DNA from: Octopus sinensis
Taxonomy: Eukaryota
Length of the DNA: 64,000 nucleotides
Direction: 5' to 3'
Assembly: GCF_006345805.1 (NCBI RefSeq)
Contig: NC_043000.1
Coordinates: forward strand, 133,858,001-133,922,000
In this document: positions 38,279 to 48,195 of the stretch, piece by piece
Layout: every line of letters starts with the position of its first letter
Numbering within the stretch: the stretch's first letter is position 1
Translations under genes and position numbers: made by a program
The notes under the pieces: generated by a model
Seen by the model: only the letters and a program-made list of their open reading frames with translations
Database searches by the model: none
Told to the model about the DNA's origin: nothing

Positions 38279-40900
38279 CGATACTGCCATGGCTGGGACG
38301 GCATTTGATTATAAGCTTGTGTCTAGTCTACGACGGTTGAAATGTAGCTAAACATTGCATACCTACATAAATATTTATTGTATATATTTCCACAGGTGAA
38401 TGTTGCACATGAAGCAATGCAGAGCAGCTTAAACTAAATGCACGAACACCAACACATAATTCAACCCTGCAATAAATATAGTACAAGATCCAACCACATT
38501 TCATGTATGCAAAATATATTTTACCGTATGTGCCAACTCATACCTGCAGACTTCCACATCACCAGTAGACATGCATCTTTCTGCACACAGACGCAAGCAA
38601 CACATATGCATAACTTAAACCACCAGAACACACACACACCCTCCCATACCAATATATGTGCTGGCATATGTTGAGATACTGATGCTATATCGCTATCTAA
38701 TAACACTAATATACATAATACTTTATGTGATATTTGAAATCTTATATCAAAACGAGAAGAAAAAAATTTGCTGTATATCCATAAATGTACATTTTTTTTT
38801 TGTATCGCTTGTAGAATCGTACAGCATCAACTATTAGAGTACATTTTATTTTATTCTACATGATATTGGAATTCCTTTTGCATGCAAACGCCAGCAGGCA
38901 ACGAACTTTAGAGAAGCGTTTTTAAAAATCGATAGTGAAATGTTTAGAACTTCAAGTGTCCTAAGTGGAAGCTAGTTGCTGTTTATTCCTGTCATTTATT
39001 TTTACTGTGTCCCCTAAACGTAATTTAAAGCCTCCCCTTTATTCTTTTTGCCGGCATTAACTTATGGCTCAAGCTCCCGTCTAACTACTACTACTACTAC
39101 TAGCAGTATCCTAATCAACTTGTAAATAAGTACATTACGCTGCTGATACTACAATTTATTTTATTCATTTATTATTTTTTTCCTTTCCCCGTTCATTCTC
39201 TTGCTTCGAATTTCTCTCTCTCTCTCCCTCTTTCGCTCAAGTAAAAACATGGGCAACGCCCATTATTATTTGTAGGAAAACAAGGATCGACAGGATTTAA
39301 GTATTTGTATTATTTGACGGAGACGACTCAATATTGGGTAGCGCCAGTCGAATATGATGGCAATAGTGATGATAGTGTCAAAACACAGTTATATTAAAAG
39401 ACAAATAAAATATGCTATAGTACAATAGAAAATATAATAAACAACAAATGAAAATTATTATTACGGCTTTTCATCTTTTGTTGAAAAGAATAAGAAGGCT
39501 AAACTCGCTTCAAATAATCAATCGGGATTGACATGTTCTATCGCGTTAACTAACTGTATATATGATACTCTAGAACCGGCTTTATATTTGTTTACATGGA
39601 TTTACCAAACGCGTTATATTTTCAGTCCAGTTCCTGCATTCTAAGCACTTTTTACAAGACTGTTTAACTTTTTTTTAAAAGAAAATTGCTATAACAAACA
39701 CTACAATCAGTCCGTAGAAGTTTCGGCTACTCTGTTGTATGTAATTACATCAAATAATAATTTAATTGCCGAACAACAGTTTGTGTAGATAACATCGGTT
39801 TCTTTTGAAGTAATTTTTGTAGAAGAAAATATATCTTATAATTGATTAAATAGAATCCACCACCAACCGCCGCGTACATGACTGGCAGTTACTTTTTTTT
39901 CTTCAATGGAAATAGTAAGAAAAGAAAAAATTATAAAGAAGCGTCTACTCCGAAGCCCGATCAAATGCATCAAATCCGAGTCCAGGTATTCATGTTGACA
40001 AACATTTGCATTTCTAGGTATATCTGAATATTCGGAGTGGTGATTATTATATTGTTTATATGCGAATAGCAAAAGAGAATTTGTGGTTTTTAATATAAAT
40101 AATAGTAATGTGGGACTGAATAAAAATATAATGTCCAGATAATATTAAATGCAGCGTATTGATTCTATCTTTTTTTCTTTTTTCATGTTGAATATGTGAG
40201 TCATCTGTGCTTATTTTAAATCTGACGGGATTGTGTTGCGAAAAAAATGGACAAGTGGCGCGCAAAGTATAGTTTAAAGATCATGTTTTCGGTGTTTAAA
40301 CTTCGAAGTTACAAAAAAAAACAAGAAAACAGAAAGTGTAAATGAATTAATTCAGAGGAAAATTAAACTTAGTGATAATTTGTTTTAAATGCAAAATAAA
40401 AATAAAAATTTTTTTTAAAGGAACGAAAAAAGAAAGAAATTAATCGATAAATGAATCACTTACTCAGTACATGCAAGTTCCCGGGACTATTTGTGGAGTG
40501 CAAACTACTAAAACGGACTTCTCCACTAGTTTCTGATGTTCAGAGAGAAAATAAGTGTGTAGAAGCAAGAACAAGCGGTCTTGCTCCTTATTTACTCTCT
40601 GCTTTACAAGCTACTGTCAGTCTGTCTTGGAATTTTCAAACATCTGGCAAAGTGCAGCTACGTAAAAAGAAGGAAGAGGGTGAAAGAAAGAAAGAAAAAT
40701 GCAAAAGGGGATAGACAAATAGAGGATGAGTAAATGTTGTCAAGCAACGTGTGGTGTGGAAACACCACGCAACTGTCAAAAGAAGTTGCTGGTTTGCTAG
40801 TGCCACTTGTTGCTTAGTAGTTAGTGACCTCCCACTACCAAAATCCACAATTACTTACATATTTAATTTGACACGCCCGCAGGATCGGAACCCCCGCTAC
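4611..40900 (-). CDS. Putative multi-exon protein-coding gene (or two adjacent genes) on the minus strand, product unidentified; boundaries approximate
   Basis: Series of short minus-strand segments bounded by pyrimidine-rich AG acceptors and GTAAG/GTGAG/GTATG donors with open frames; three are phase-compatible (27704-27663, 27579-27492, 24479-24386). CpG depletion across this span with a switch near 39-41 kb fits gene-body methylation with the promoter at the right end (inference). Confidence 0.55.
4868..5030 (-). CDS. Candidate exon (163 nt, FNGSGVSGKNIAPITISMVSATGERKGNCPKTGGIAASMLAKERTPLNGPRSQM)
   Basis: Strong acceptor tttttgctttttttctgaag, GC-richer open frame, donor |gtagtg is weak; the opposite strand is also open (ORF 4926-5216), so strand is not certain. 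Confidence 0.35.
5644..5679 (-). CDS. Candidate exon (36 nt, DFHGSVLNERIQ); frame stays open to the stop at 5470
   Basis: gaccag| ... CAG|gttagg; ORF-track 5470-5664 continues this frame. Confidence 0.25.
7455..7556 (-). CDS. Candidate exon (102 nt, MKFRITLLKQNEAYFALPDTIIPRINCENTQLLV)
   Basis: gtcctcctcatgttag| ... GTG|gtaaaa, 34 open codons, phase 0-0. Confidence 0.4.
10109..10527 (-). mobile_element. tRNA-derived SINE family A (head GGCGCAGGAGTGGCTGTGTGGTAAG, internal (TA)/(TG) tract, tail GACTGAAACAAGTAAAAGAG)
   Basis: Aligns by eye with many other copies in the window; Pol III A/B-box-like head (TGGCTGTGTGG, GGTTCAGTCCC). Confidence 0.85.
10867..11660 (-). mobile_element. SINE A copy split by a SINE D insertion (11111-11480, +) in its internal microsatellite
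   Basis: 3' half 10867-11100 and 5' half 11495-11660 flank a full SINE D. Confidence 0.8.
12108..12327 (-). CDS. Candidate terminal exon encoding a hydrophobic C-terminus (CLYSLVSCAMG...GIAVVGGMFGGHLILLCFCLVAASGLLLGLKEILMNNLCPCCI*)
   Basis: ttgtcttttag| acceptor, open frame to TAG at 12108, AATAAA on minus strand at 11948-11953; could alternatively be an unrecognised TE remnant. Confidence 0.3.
12343..12575 (-). mobile_element. SINE family B (head AAGGCGGCGAGCTGGCAG, tail TTTAGCCCCTTGTGGGTARTAAAGAAATA), CpG-decayed copy
   Basis: Aligns with copies at 48128/49468-49630, 50893-51117 and 56617-56848; alternative-tail copies at ~37780-37975, 46478-46700, 62165-62379. Confidence 0.85.
13511..13559 (-). 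CDS. Candidate exon (49 nt)
   Basis: cctgtttgtccgctttacag| ... |gtaaga; reads SIWMIVMLMNNNHEQS in phase 0 or NMDDCHVDE* in phase 1. Confidence 0.35.
14367..14594. mobile_element. piggyBac-type MITE remnant
   Basis: TTAA|CCCTTTAGCA left end and degenerate TGCTAAA(T)GG right end. Confidence 0.5.
16124..16510 (-). mobile_element. SINE A, full length
   Basis: Same sequence family as 10109-10527; partial + copies at ~6510-6600, 14881-15050, 17905-18060, 18120-18300, 25670-25830. Confidence 0.85.
17140..17740 (-). pseudogene. Highly degenerate mariner transposase remnant
   Basis: ORF 17479-17751 and neighbouring frames give EG.QDV.SD..PGR, L.Y/M.KVS and GKV-like motifs in mariner order, with stops, frameshifts and an 11-bp duplication (GAACTTTTACA x2). 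Confidence 0.5.
19008..19063 (-). CDS. Candidate exon (56 nt, QHLCSQDDLLLLNSNITL)
   Basis: tatttccaattgtttgag| ... TTGG|gttagc, one open frame. Confidence 0.3.
21560..21600 (-). CDS. Candidate exon (41 nt, ELFQSRFPSVYDL)
   Basis: cctgcag| ... CTA|gtaaga, open frame, phase 1-0. Confidence 0.45.
21854..22238 (+). mobile_element. SINE A, full length
   Basis: Near-consensus head to tail. Confidence 0.9.
22867..23269 (-). mobile_element. SINE A, full length
   Basis: Inverted relative to 21854-22238; a degenerate + copy follows at ~23503-23840. Confidence 0.9.
24386..24479 (-). CDS. Exon (94 nt, WFGCLVSELETMNDLIKIKASYCSVSAITGW)
   Basis: aattaactttcag| ... TGG|gttagt; open frame; phase 2 start matches the phase 2 end of 27492-27579. 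Confidence 0.6.
26017..26890 (-). mobile_element. RTE-clade LINE 3' end: ORF2 C-terminus plus long 3'UTR ending in (GAT)n
   Basis: Minus frame reads QERRLCWYGHVVRMDEDSCVKKC..VEGTCGRGRPRKTWDE (typical RTE C-terminus) and runs contiguously into the repeat with GGTTGGCGTTAGGAAGGGCATCCAGC and a GATGATGATG tail. Confidence 0.85.
27492..27579 (-). CDS. Exon (88 nt, MKLWGLLNISPLDDKNESSCSSAYLYYS)
   Basis: tatttctgaag| ... CTG|gtattt; 83-nt intron to the previous exon; phases 1-2 fit both neighbours. Confidence 0.5.
27663..27704 (-). CDS. Exon (42 nt, FLTCHHDNEFVSP)
   Basis: tttatttacttccag| ... CGC|gtaaga; only one open frame, phase 1-1. Confidence 0.55.
28875..29104. mobile_element. piggyBac-type MITE (TTAA|CYCTTTCGTTAC ... 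GTAACGAAAGGG|TT), second copy 33268-33496
   Basis: Short TIRs with TTAA flanks; the two ~230-bp copies align along their length. Confidence 0.8.
30252..30295 (-). CDS. Candidate exon (44 nt; LLNHNIYSSPKTFK or FYSTIIFIHHQKLS)
   Basis: ttatttctctcctctag| ... AAA|gtatgg; two frames open. Confidence 0.5.
30630..31162 (+). mobile_element. RTE 3'UTR-type repeat (5'-truncated LINE or derived SINE) with internal ~40-bp tandem units
   Basis: Same family as 26017-26460; other copies ~66-230(-), 3570-3712(+), 6660-6810(+), 15057-15420(-), 16930-17110(-), 20510-20800(+), 22688-22866(-), 24870-25060(+), 32312-32640(-), 34530-34925(+). Confidence 0.8.
31705..31780 (-). CDS. Candidate exon (76 nt), or 6-nt microexon 31705-31710 preceded by a 19-nt exon at 31816-31834
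   Basis: ttatttattcag| ... CAT|gtaagt; second gtaagt donor at 31815; see findings. Confidence 0.45.
31855..32140. repeat. Degenerate ~33-bp minisatellite (GTATTGATTGCTAACATAGGCACAAGGTAAGAA), with satellite patches at ~33865-33955 and ~34210-34320
   Basis: Visible periodicity; gives the 11-aa-periodic ORF 31832-32200. Confidence 0.8.
32647..32915. mobile_element. Foldback MITE with 90-bp TIRs (32647-32736 / 32826-32915), TA-flanked
   Basis: Arms are reverse complements with 2 mismatches by eye. Confidence 0.85.
34032..34099 (-). CDS. Candidate exon (68 nt, LRMSVCKLNCLVHLSMKIASCI)
   Basis: caaattatatag| ... TTT|gtgagt; one open frame from this acceptor. Confidence 0.3.
35300..35720 (+). mobile_element. 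Degenerate RTE LINE ORF2 C-terminal fragment
   Basis: KFREILSPLATKGL..VKG.LFDACV...CWMCNVAV...VEGVCGRRRPRKMWEE across frameshifts. Confidence 0.8.
36131..36536 (-). mobile_element. SINE A, full length
   Basis: Same family; further copies ~47495-47870(+), 53020-53220(-), 56310-56520(+). Confidence 0.85.
36584..36892. mobile_element. hAT-type MITE (CAGTGGTTCTCAAC ... GTTGAGAACCAC)
   Basis: Terminal inverted repeat of the hAT/Charlie type. Confidence 0.7.
38544..38580 (-). CDS. Candidate start-codon exon (37 nt; ATG at 38572, MSTGDVEVC)
   Basis: ttgcttgcgtctgtgtgcag| ... CAG|gtatga; an upstream out-of-frame ATG gives a 5-codon uORF. Confidence 0.45.
40464..40657 (-). other. Candidate 5'UTR exon of the minus-strand gene
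   Basis: Very long pyrimidine tract ending ctttttacgtag| at 40658; perfect |gtaagt at 40463; no ATG-initiated frame leaves the exon open, only short uORFs. Confidence 0.5.
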
Positions 40901-41000
40901 CGACTTTATTATTTTTTTCAGTAGCAAATATCAAATAAATAATTTTTACCACATCACAGATATAATTAACAATGATTTTGATTTATTTTGACGCATCCAT
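40859..41000 (-). promoter_or_regulatory. Putative first exon/promoter region
   Basis: |gtaagt donor at 40858 (201-nt intron to 40657); local CpG-rich sequence at the CpG-depletion boundary; TSS itself not identifiable. Confidence 0.35.
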
Positions 41001-42859
41001 TATACAAAACAAAATTCTATTTAGTATATATTTGCTTTTCCTTGCAACAGTCATTTTATTTATTTATTTATTTTTTACATTGTACTGTTTTTAGTTTTTG
41101 CGAAATCCTTTTTTATTTTTGCATTTTGCTTTTACAAGAAATAATGTAGAAAATATGGCTGGTATTTGTTGAAATGTTACACGAGGCTAAAAATATCCAT
41201 TAAATTGAAATAATAGGAAAATGTAAATATTTCGTGAATATCTCTTCGGTTATCTATTTAATTTGTTTGCTATTCATCGGATATTTATCATTTGTAATTC
41301 TTCTACTATATAAATTAGCTATTGCCTGCATGAAATTAATTATATTTTAGAAAATTACAAATTAAGCGATTAAAAAAAAAAATGCTTGAAGTTGCCGGCA
41401 TTTTACTTGCAGATAATCTTATAAATTAAAACGCAAGAAATTTTACAGAAACTCTCTTCCTTTCGATGGTTTTAATTATTATATTTTATTTTCATATCAA
41501 GAGATACCCACCCAAGGCTTAAGAGTGAATGACACTCATGAGTCATTGGTGGGGGTGGATGTACTTTTAGCATCAGAAATAATGTTACAATATTGTTGGT
41601 GAGTTCCATAAGTAAGCGGGGCATCTCTGAAAAATTTTAGTCGTTATATAGTATATATATATCGAGGATGAATCACTCTCTTTCCAGGCGAAAAACCAAT
41701 AAGAGGATCTAAGCTCTGTTTAATTAGCTTACCACAAGTAAAACAATACTCATGCTGACTACAACACTGTGCTTTCCCCTCTAATGGTACCATCCAACGA
41801 GGGAGCGTCTATGCATTCGTTCGACCGACTAGAAATAGCAGCCAAATCATCTTCATAGCACATCATTCTGTCCTACAAATGATTCTGTAGTCCAAAATAC
41901 ACTGTCTCAAAAAATGGGTTGGGGTGGCGACTGATATATCTTTCAGCACAGATCTGCTAGGTTAGCGTGGACATGATATTAATAAAACAACCCCTCATAA
42001 CAGATATTTGCAACTAAGTGTACTGCATCAGCATCTGAGCACTGTACACAATTATTATTATTATTAAAACTAAGTGTATTGAGGCTAAACACGACGCAAG
42101 CCACTGACAAGATTCGAACCGCTGATCTTTTGGTCGTTAGTTGAACAACCTTTCCATTCGCCCAGCTGTTGCTTTTATTTATTTTTTTCTTACAGTCTGA
42201 AGCGAGCGGCCGACAAACTTACAAGCTCGTGGACTCATTTCATCCGGTCTACTGACTTTATCGAATAGGAGTAGTTGTTGCACGCTAAATTCTTTTTTTC
42301 TTTAGCTATCTTTAGTTAGCAAACAATAGAATCCAGTATCGAACAAGAGAATAAAAGTTTAGTTTCTGTTCTAGCTTCAAATAAATCAATGAAACTAAGC
42401 TTTTTTTTCCCCCCCTTTAGAGTGACTGCTTCATATGTTAAAAAAGAAATGTTGTCCCGAATGCCACATTTTAAAAAGTAAATGTTCTCCCTCAAAAATG
42501 ATTTACCTCTTTATTGCATGCTACTGTACATGGCTCATTTCAATTTCTACGTTATTAAATCTGCGACAATTCTTTCGTCACAAGTGACGTTTAATATTTT
42601 AAAAACTTTTTTGATACCAAACTACCTGAGACCGTACTTGGTTCTATAATGAAATCTTCCCGTTTTAAAGTGATCCAAAGATCTTGCATCAAAGTTCGTG
42701 TTAATTATATACCAAAATTCATTACTCTGAAAATTAATAGAAACAAAAGCAACATATTTCAATGAAACTCTGGTAGTAGAAGTAGTTATTTCCAGATTTG
42801 TCTCATGGTTTCAGTTTTTATTTGCTTCGATCCGCAAGACATAAAAGCGTATGTAGTGC

Positions 42860-43175
42860 TGGCGCATGGCTCAGTGGTTAGAGCGTTGAGCTTACGATCG
42901 TGAGGTTGTGAGCTCGAATCCCGGACCGGGCAAGACACTTTATTTCACATTGCTCCAGTTCACTCAGCTGTAGAAATGAGTTGCGATGTCACTGGTGCCA
43001 AGCTGTATCGGCTGCTGCCCTTCCCTTGGATAACAACGGTGGCGTGGAGAGGGGAGGCCGTATGCATGGGCGACTACTGGTCTTCCATAAGCCACCTTGC
43101 CCAGACTTGTGACTAGGAAGATAACTTTCTAGGTGCAATGCCAAGGTCAATGTCATGACCGAAGGGGGTCCCGAC
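42860..43175 (+). mobile_element. tRNA-derived SINE (family E head, different tail)
   Basis: Head GGCGCATGGCTCAGTGGTTAGAGCG...GAGCTCGAATCCCG and core GCAAGACACTTTATTTCAC shared with the minus-strand SINE at 47897-49735. Confidence 0.7.
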
Positions 43176-43734
43176 CATCTCCAGTTTAGCGATCCCTGGT
43201 CTACAGTTCTCAAATACAAAATAATGAATGAAACAAGACAGCTTTATTGGAACACCAATTATATGTTCTAAGGCACAGAAAGCAGGTTAATTATAAGTAT
43301 TCAGGCGATATGTTACGAATTCAGAATCGTATCTTAAAGGTCAATGGATCAGAAATGCAAATCCGGAGTCTCTGTTCCACACTTGAACCTCAATTAGCTT
43401 TTCCTTTCGTGACTAGCTTGAGTCTGGCTTAATTTTATGTTGTTGACAACAAATAAACTTTGTGTTTCAACGAGCCTCTTTCTCTACCTAAAGATAGGTC
43501 TCCATTAAATCGATGCTAAACTAACAGTGAATTCGCAAACCGTTTGTATTAACAAGAGTACCAATACATCGTGGATAAATCCGTTAATCTTTAAGTATAT
43601 ATATATTTTTCTTTTGGTTGTTGGTCTGGAGAAAGGGGCAGTGCCCATAGTCTTTGCAGACCTTCCTATACGCGTGAGATTGATGTTAATGTTCGTATCA
43701 ACCATTATAAGCGGACACCGTCTGGATATATATA

Positions 43735-44790
43735 TGAGTAGGGAGGAAATTACAGAGGACTGGCGTTCTGAGAAGGAACAGCTGGAAGAAGTGAATAGGG
43801 GACCTAGGTGGATTGGACACAACAAGGTTGATGAGGAGGAGGAGAGGACGAGTCGGTCGAGAATGACTGAATTGAAGTAGTACGAATCGAACCAACTCCA
43901 ATGTGCAAAAGTCGTTTTAGTAGCTGCAGAAAATGGTGAGCGTACCTGTGGGTTAGGGGCTGGAGCTTGTCCGGCAGTAAATTTATACCAATCAATCAAG
44001 TAGTCCTTCTCTGGATGCTGTTCATGATATCTATGCATGCAGAGGCAAACCTCGTCCCAGAAGTGAGAGCAATACTCCAGTGTGAGCCTTGTATGAACTT
44101 TGTAAAGTATCAATAATTATTGGAGGATGGAATATTTTCAGACCCCAAAGAGAAGGGACAGTCATTGGGTTGCAGTGTTAGTTATGCTACGAATGTACAT
44201 CCGCCAGGAGATATCCAATGATTGGAGCCATTCTGAGGGCACTTGTTGAATGCCGCCAATGATTAAAATTATGACTTTGTTCCCTTAATATGACTAACGT
44301 TTGTATTTTTGTGCTCTTAGAAGAGACAAAATTTGCATATCCCCACCAGAGAATGCTTCCGAAGCCTCTGTTCATGGAGTCAGTGGGTGTTACGTACGTG
44401 TTGTTGGGAATTCGAGAAGATAATGCCTGTTAGGGAGAAATGAAGGATAGTGTCATCTTCGTAAGAGTAAGTGTTGTTGGTGTGGTAGCAAGTAAGTCAT
44501 TGATGTTCAGACAGAAAAGGGTAGAAGGTAAAACTTAATAGAATGTAGGACAGAAAGAGTTCTGTCAGCACAAACGGCAGTAGGACGATCTAACTGGAAG
44601 TTACTGATGTAAGTATTAAGAAGTGGATGGAGCCCATGGGCAGAAGGTTTCGATCGGAGATTTACATGTCAAATACAGTCGAAAGCTTTGCTTAGTCAAA
44701 GATGACACCATTACACACACCAGATTCTTCAAAGGACCACTGGTAGGTGACAGAGAAAAGTAAGAGGCAGTGAATTTGACTTAGCAGGTG
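43735..44790 (-). mobile_element. CR1/Jockey-group LINE reverse-transcriptase remnant
   Basis: Minus frames: LSKAFDCI.H, LFCLNINDL..SYEDDT (YADD equivalent), LYK...TLEYCSHFWD, RTPVLCNFLP. Confidence 0.8.
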
Positions 44791-45371
44791 CTGTACTTAT
44801 TGTTATTACGGAGGGAGGGACAGACAGACAATGGGAGAAACAGAGAGAGACACACACACACAGAGGGGAAAAAGAAAGACAGATTCCTTCCCAATGTGTC
44901 AAACAATAACAACGTAAAGGTACTTATTAAAATGTATAAAAAAAAAGGTGTGTATAACTAACCATGAGGCCTAATTTCGCAACTTGACATATGGATTTAA
45001 CGAGCCAATGAGAGAGTATCTTCGCTATCGTTCGCCTGTTAGAGATAGCAGCCAATTTCTGTCAAACGCACCATACTGCCTAAGAACAAGAATTGACATA
45101 AATAACTCACTAAACAATGTAATATGTAGGAAATTAAAAAGATGTTCATATAGATTACAACAGCAACAGATAATATAAAATCTTTCATTTTATTTTCTAC
45201 GGATCGTCAGAAAATATACCTCTTCAGATCATATTGGTAGAATAATGCAACGAATACAACAGAAATTATATAGTATGTGGTTATAAATACAGATTTGCGA
45301 TAAGACAGAATTTAAATGTAGTAAATATAATAGATTTAAATTTACCAAAAATAAATATTCAATTCTCATAT

Positions 45372-45925
45372 ACAGGTTGTGGGACAGAAAAGTTCCTGGC
45401 TCTGGGTAAAGGAAAATACAGGAGGAGGATCAGTTATGATTTTATTCAACATATTCCCCTCTCAAATTCAGACACCTATTGCAGCAGTCCTTCAATTTTT
45501 CTAAGCCCTGTAAAAGAACTCAGAAGGTTGTGCCTCCAACCAGGTCCTTCGCGATGCCCTTAAAGCTAGGAACTTTTCAGCACACCAGGTCATTCTAAGA
45601 CGTAACAATACGTGGAATGTTGGCAATTTTTTCTCCTCCTTCTTCCTTTTCTTCTCGGAAGCTTTCACCTCCCTTATTTGGTCTGGTCCACGGTTCATTT
45701 CCTATGCCCGTGACACTTCTTCAACCAAGAGGAGGTGAAAGCTTCAGTGAAGAAGTTCTTCGCATAGAATGACAAGAACTGGTTTCAGCGTGGAAGCAAA
45801 GAACTGGCAGAAAGGTGGTTTCGGCGGTGCTGCACGATGGCTTCTACTTTGAATGCTAGACTGCTTTTGTCGTAACTTGGCGTATAAAACAAATAACTTA
45901 CCAAAATATTGCAAAACTTTTGACT
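45372..45925. mobile_element. Two Tc1/mariner remnants (45372-45670 minus-type end; 45700-45925 plus, transposase C-terminus)
   Basis: Plus frame HFFNQEEVKASVKKFFA.NDKNWFQRGSKELAERW resembles a mariner C-terminus. Confidence 0.55.
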
Positions 45926-47089
45926 CAACACAATGCATTTGCACGTCACATGCCCTCTCGTTTCACAAGCGACATCAGTTCAACATTTACATCAGTAATG
46001 GAATGTGACATAGGTAATGCTGAGTCGTAATATAACACCCACAAACAATTTATTTTAACACTAACGAGAATTTGGTGTCAATGATGTCTTTCATATTATA
46101 ACCACTAGACTATCTCTCTTATAAATAATAACATCCCCAATTAATACTAATTTTTCTCTTTCTATTTGACTCTGTCTTTCTAAAAGTTACAAGCACAAAA
46201 TGTTTTCACTTTCCTAACTATTATTTGTACTGCTGATGTCTCAGAATTATTTGATATTTGAACTATTCTCAATATTTAACATCTGTTTGGCAGTATACAT
46301 GTGTACTGCATTTGGTTCACGGGTATGCCGCGAATTTTTTTTTTTCAAAAGGGTCATAGAATGTCGAAATATTTAGAAAATTTCAGTGCCTTAAAATTCA
46401 GTGCACCAGCTCATGTGTATTCTTTGCGGCATGTGTCTATATTTTAAAACAATGTCAATATTCGATTTTTATGCAAGAATGGGGACGAGCTGACAGAATC
46501 GGTACCGTGCCGGACAAAATGCTTAGCGGCATTTCGTCCGGCTCTTTACATTCTGAGTTCAAATACCGCCGAGGTTGACTTTGCCTTTTATCCTTTCGGG
46601 GTATATAAAATAAGTACCAGTTGAGCACTGGGATAGATATATTCAACTTCCCTCCCCTCAAAAATGCTGGCCTTGTGCCAAAATTAGAAAGGATTTTTAT
46701 GCAACAGAACTTTTAGAAAGTTGTTGGTGTGCCGCAACACTTTTAATTCTTCATTCAGTTGGCGTGGATCGAAAACGGTTGAAAATTGTTGCTCTATTCA
46801 ATAATTTGTTCGATAGGTCTCCGCTAAGTTACAATAAGACTAAGTTTCTAGTGCGGATCACTAACAAGGATGAAACATGCCGAATTTGTCTCTTGTATTT
46901 GCCGAGAAAGAAATGTTACCTATTAACGTTATTTTTCTTTCACCGTATATTCGCTTATACTTTAGATTTTGTATGGTCTAAACCAAAAGCTCGGGTCTAA
47001 GATTCTCGCAAACTTCAGGGTAAAAGACGGCATTTCAGAAAATGTGAAAAAGTCAGGAAATTTATACTCTATTAAAATCACCTTTTAGA

Positions 47090-47132
<43 letters not shown>

Positions 47133-48195
47133 TATTCTTTTAAGCACACTTAAAATCGCATCTGTTGATTTAAGAGATTACGAACAAAATCTTTCACTTA
47201 TAATGACACGCTTGCATAATTTTGGATTCAGCTCTTGTCAGACACATCTGCAAATTGTTATCTCTTATGATAATCATTGGTAAAGCCATGAATGAGAAGC
47301 AGAAACAAAGAAGTGACTGAATTTTATATTCACAATTGTGACTGATTTCGCTGTTCACAGCTTTAAATTTTTCATTTGCATTTGCATTTTATGCACCGAG
47401 TAAAAAGTTAATGCTTTTAATTCAATTTGTTCTGCATATGATTCAGCACTGTATGTGATTCTGAGTAGTCTGATTCCATTAGGTATGGCTTATAGGTGCA
47501 GTCATGGCTGTATGGTTAAGAGCATATTTTGCCACTACGTGGTTTGGGGTTCAGTCCCACCGCGCGGTACCTTGTGCAATTGTCTTCTAGTATAGTGTCG
47601 GGTTGATCAATGCTTTACAAAGTAAATTTGGTTCATGGAAACTGTGTAGAAGCTCGTATGTGTGCGCACGTTTTTGCGTCTGTGTCTGTCCTATTAACAC
47701 TTGACAACCGGTGCTGGTATGTTTACGTCCCCATAAATCAAGGGTTCGGCAAAAGAGACCGGTAGAATAGCTACCAAATTAAAAACTGGTACTCGGGTCG
47801 ATTTGTTCGATTAAAACCGTTCAAGGCGGTGCCCCAGCATGGCCGCAGTTCAAAGGCTGAAACAAGCAAAAGATTGTATTATGTATGTATTGGAGCACTC
47901 CGTCGGTTACGACGACGAGGGTACCAGCTGATACGATCAACGGAACAGCCTACTCGTAAAAATAACGTGCAAGTGACTGAGCAATCCACAGACACGCGTA
48001 CCCCTAACGTAGTTCACAGGCAGATTCAGCGTGACAGAGAGTGTGACAAGGCCGGCCCTTTGAAATACAGGTACAACTCATTATTGCCAGCTGAGTGGAC
48101 TGGAGCAACGTGAAATAAAGTGTCTTGAAGGCGGCGAGCTGGCAGAAACGTTAGCAGGCCGAGCGAAATGCGTAGCCGTATTTCGTCTGCCGTTA

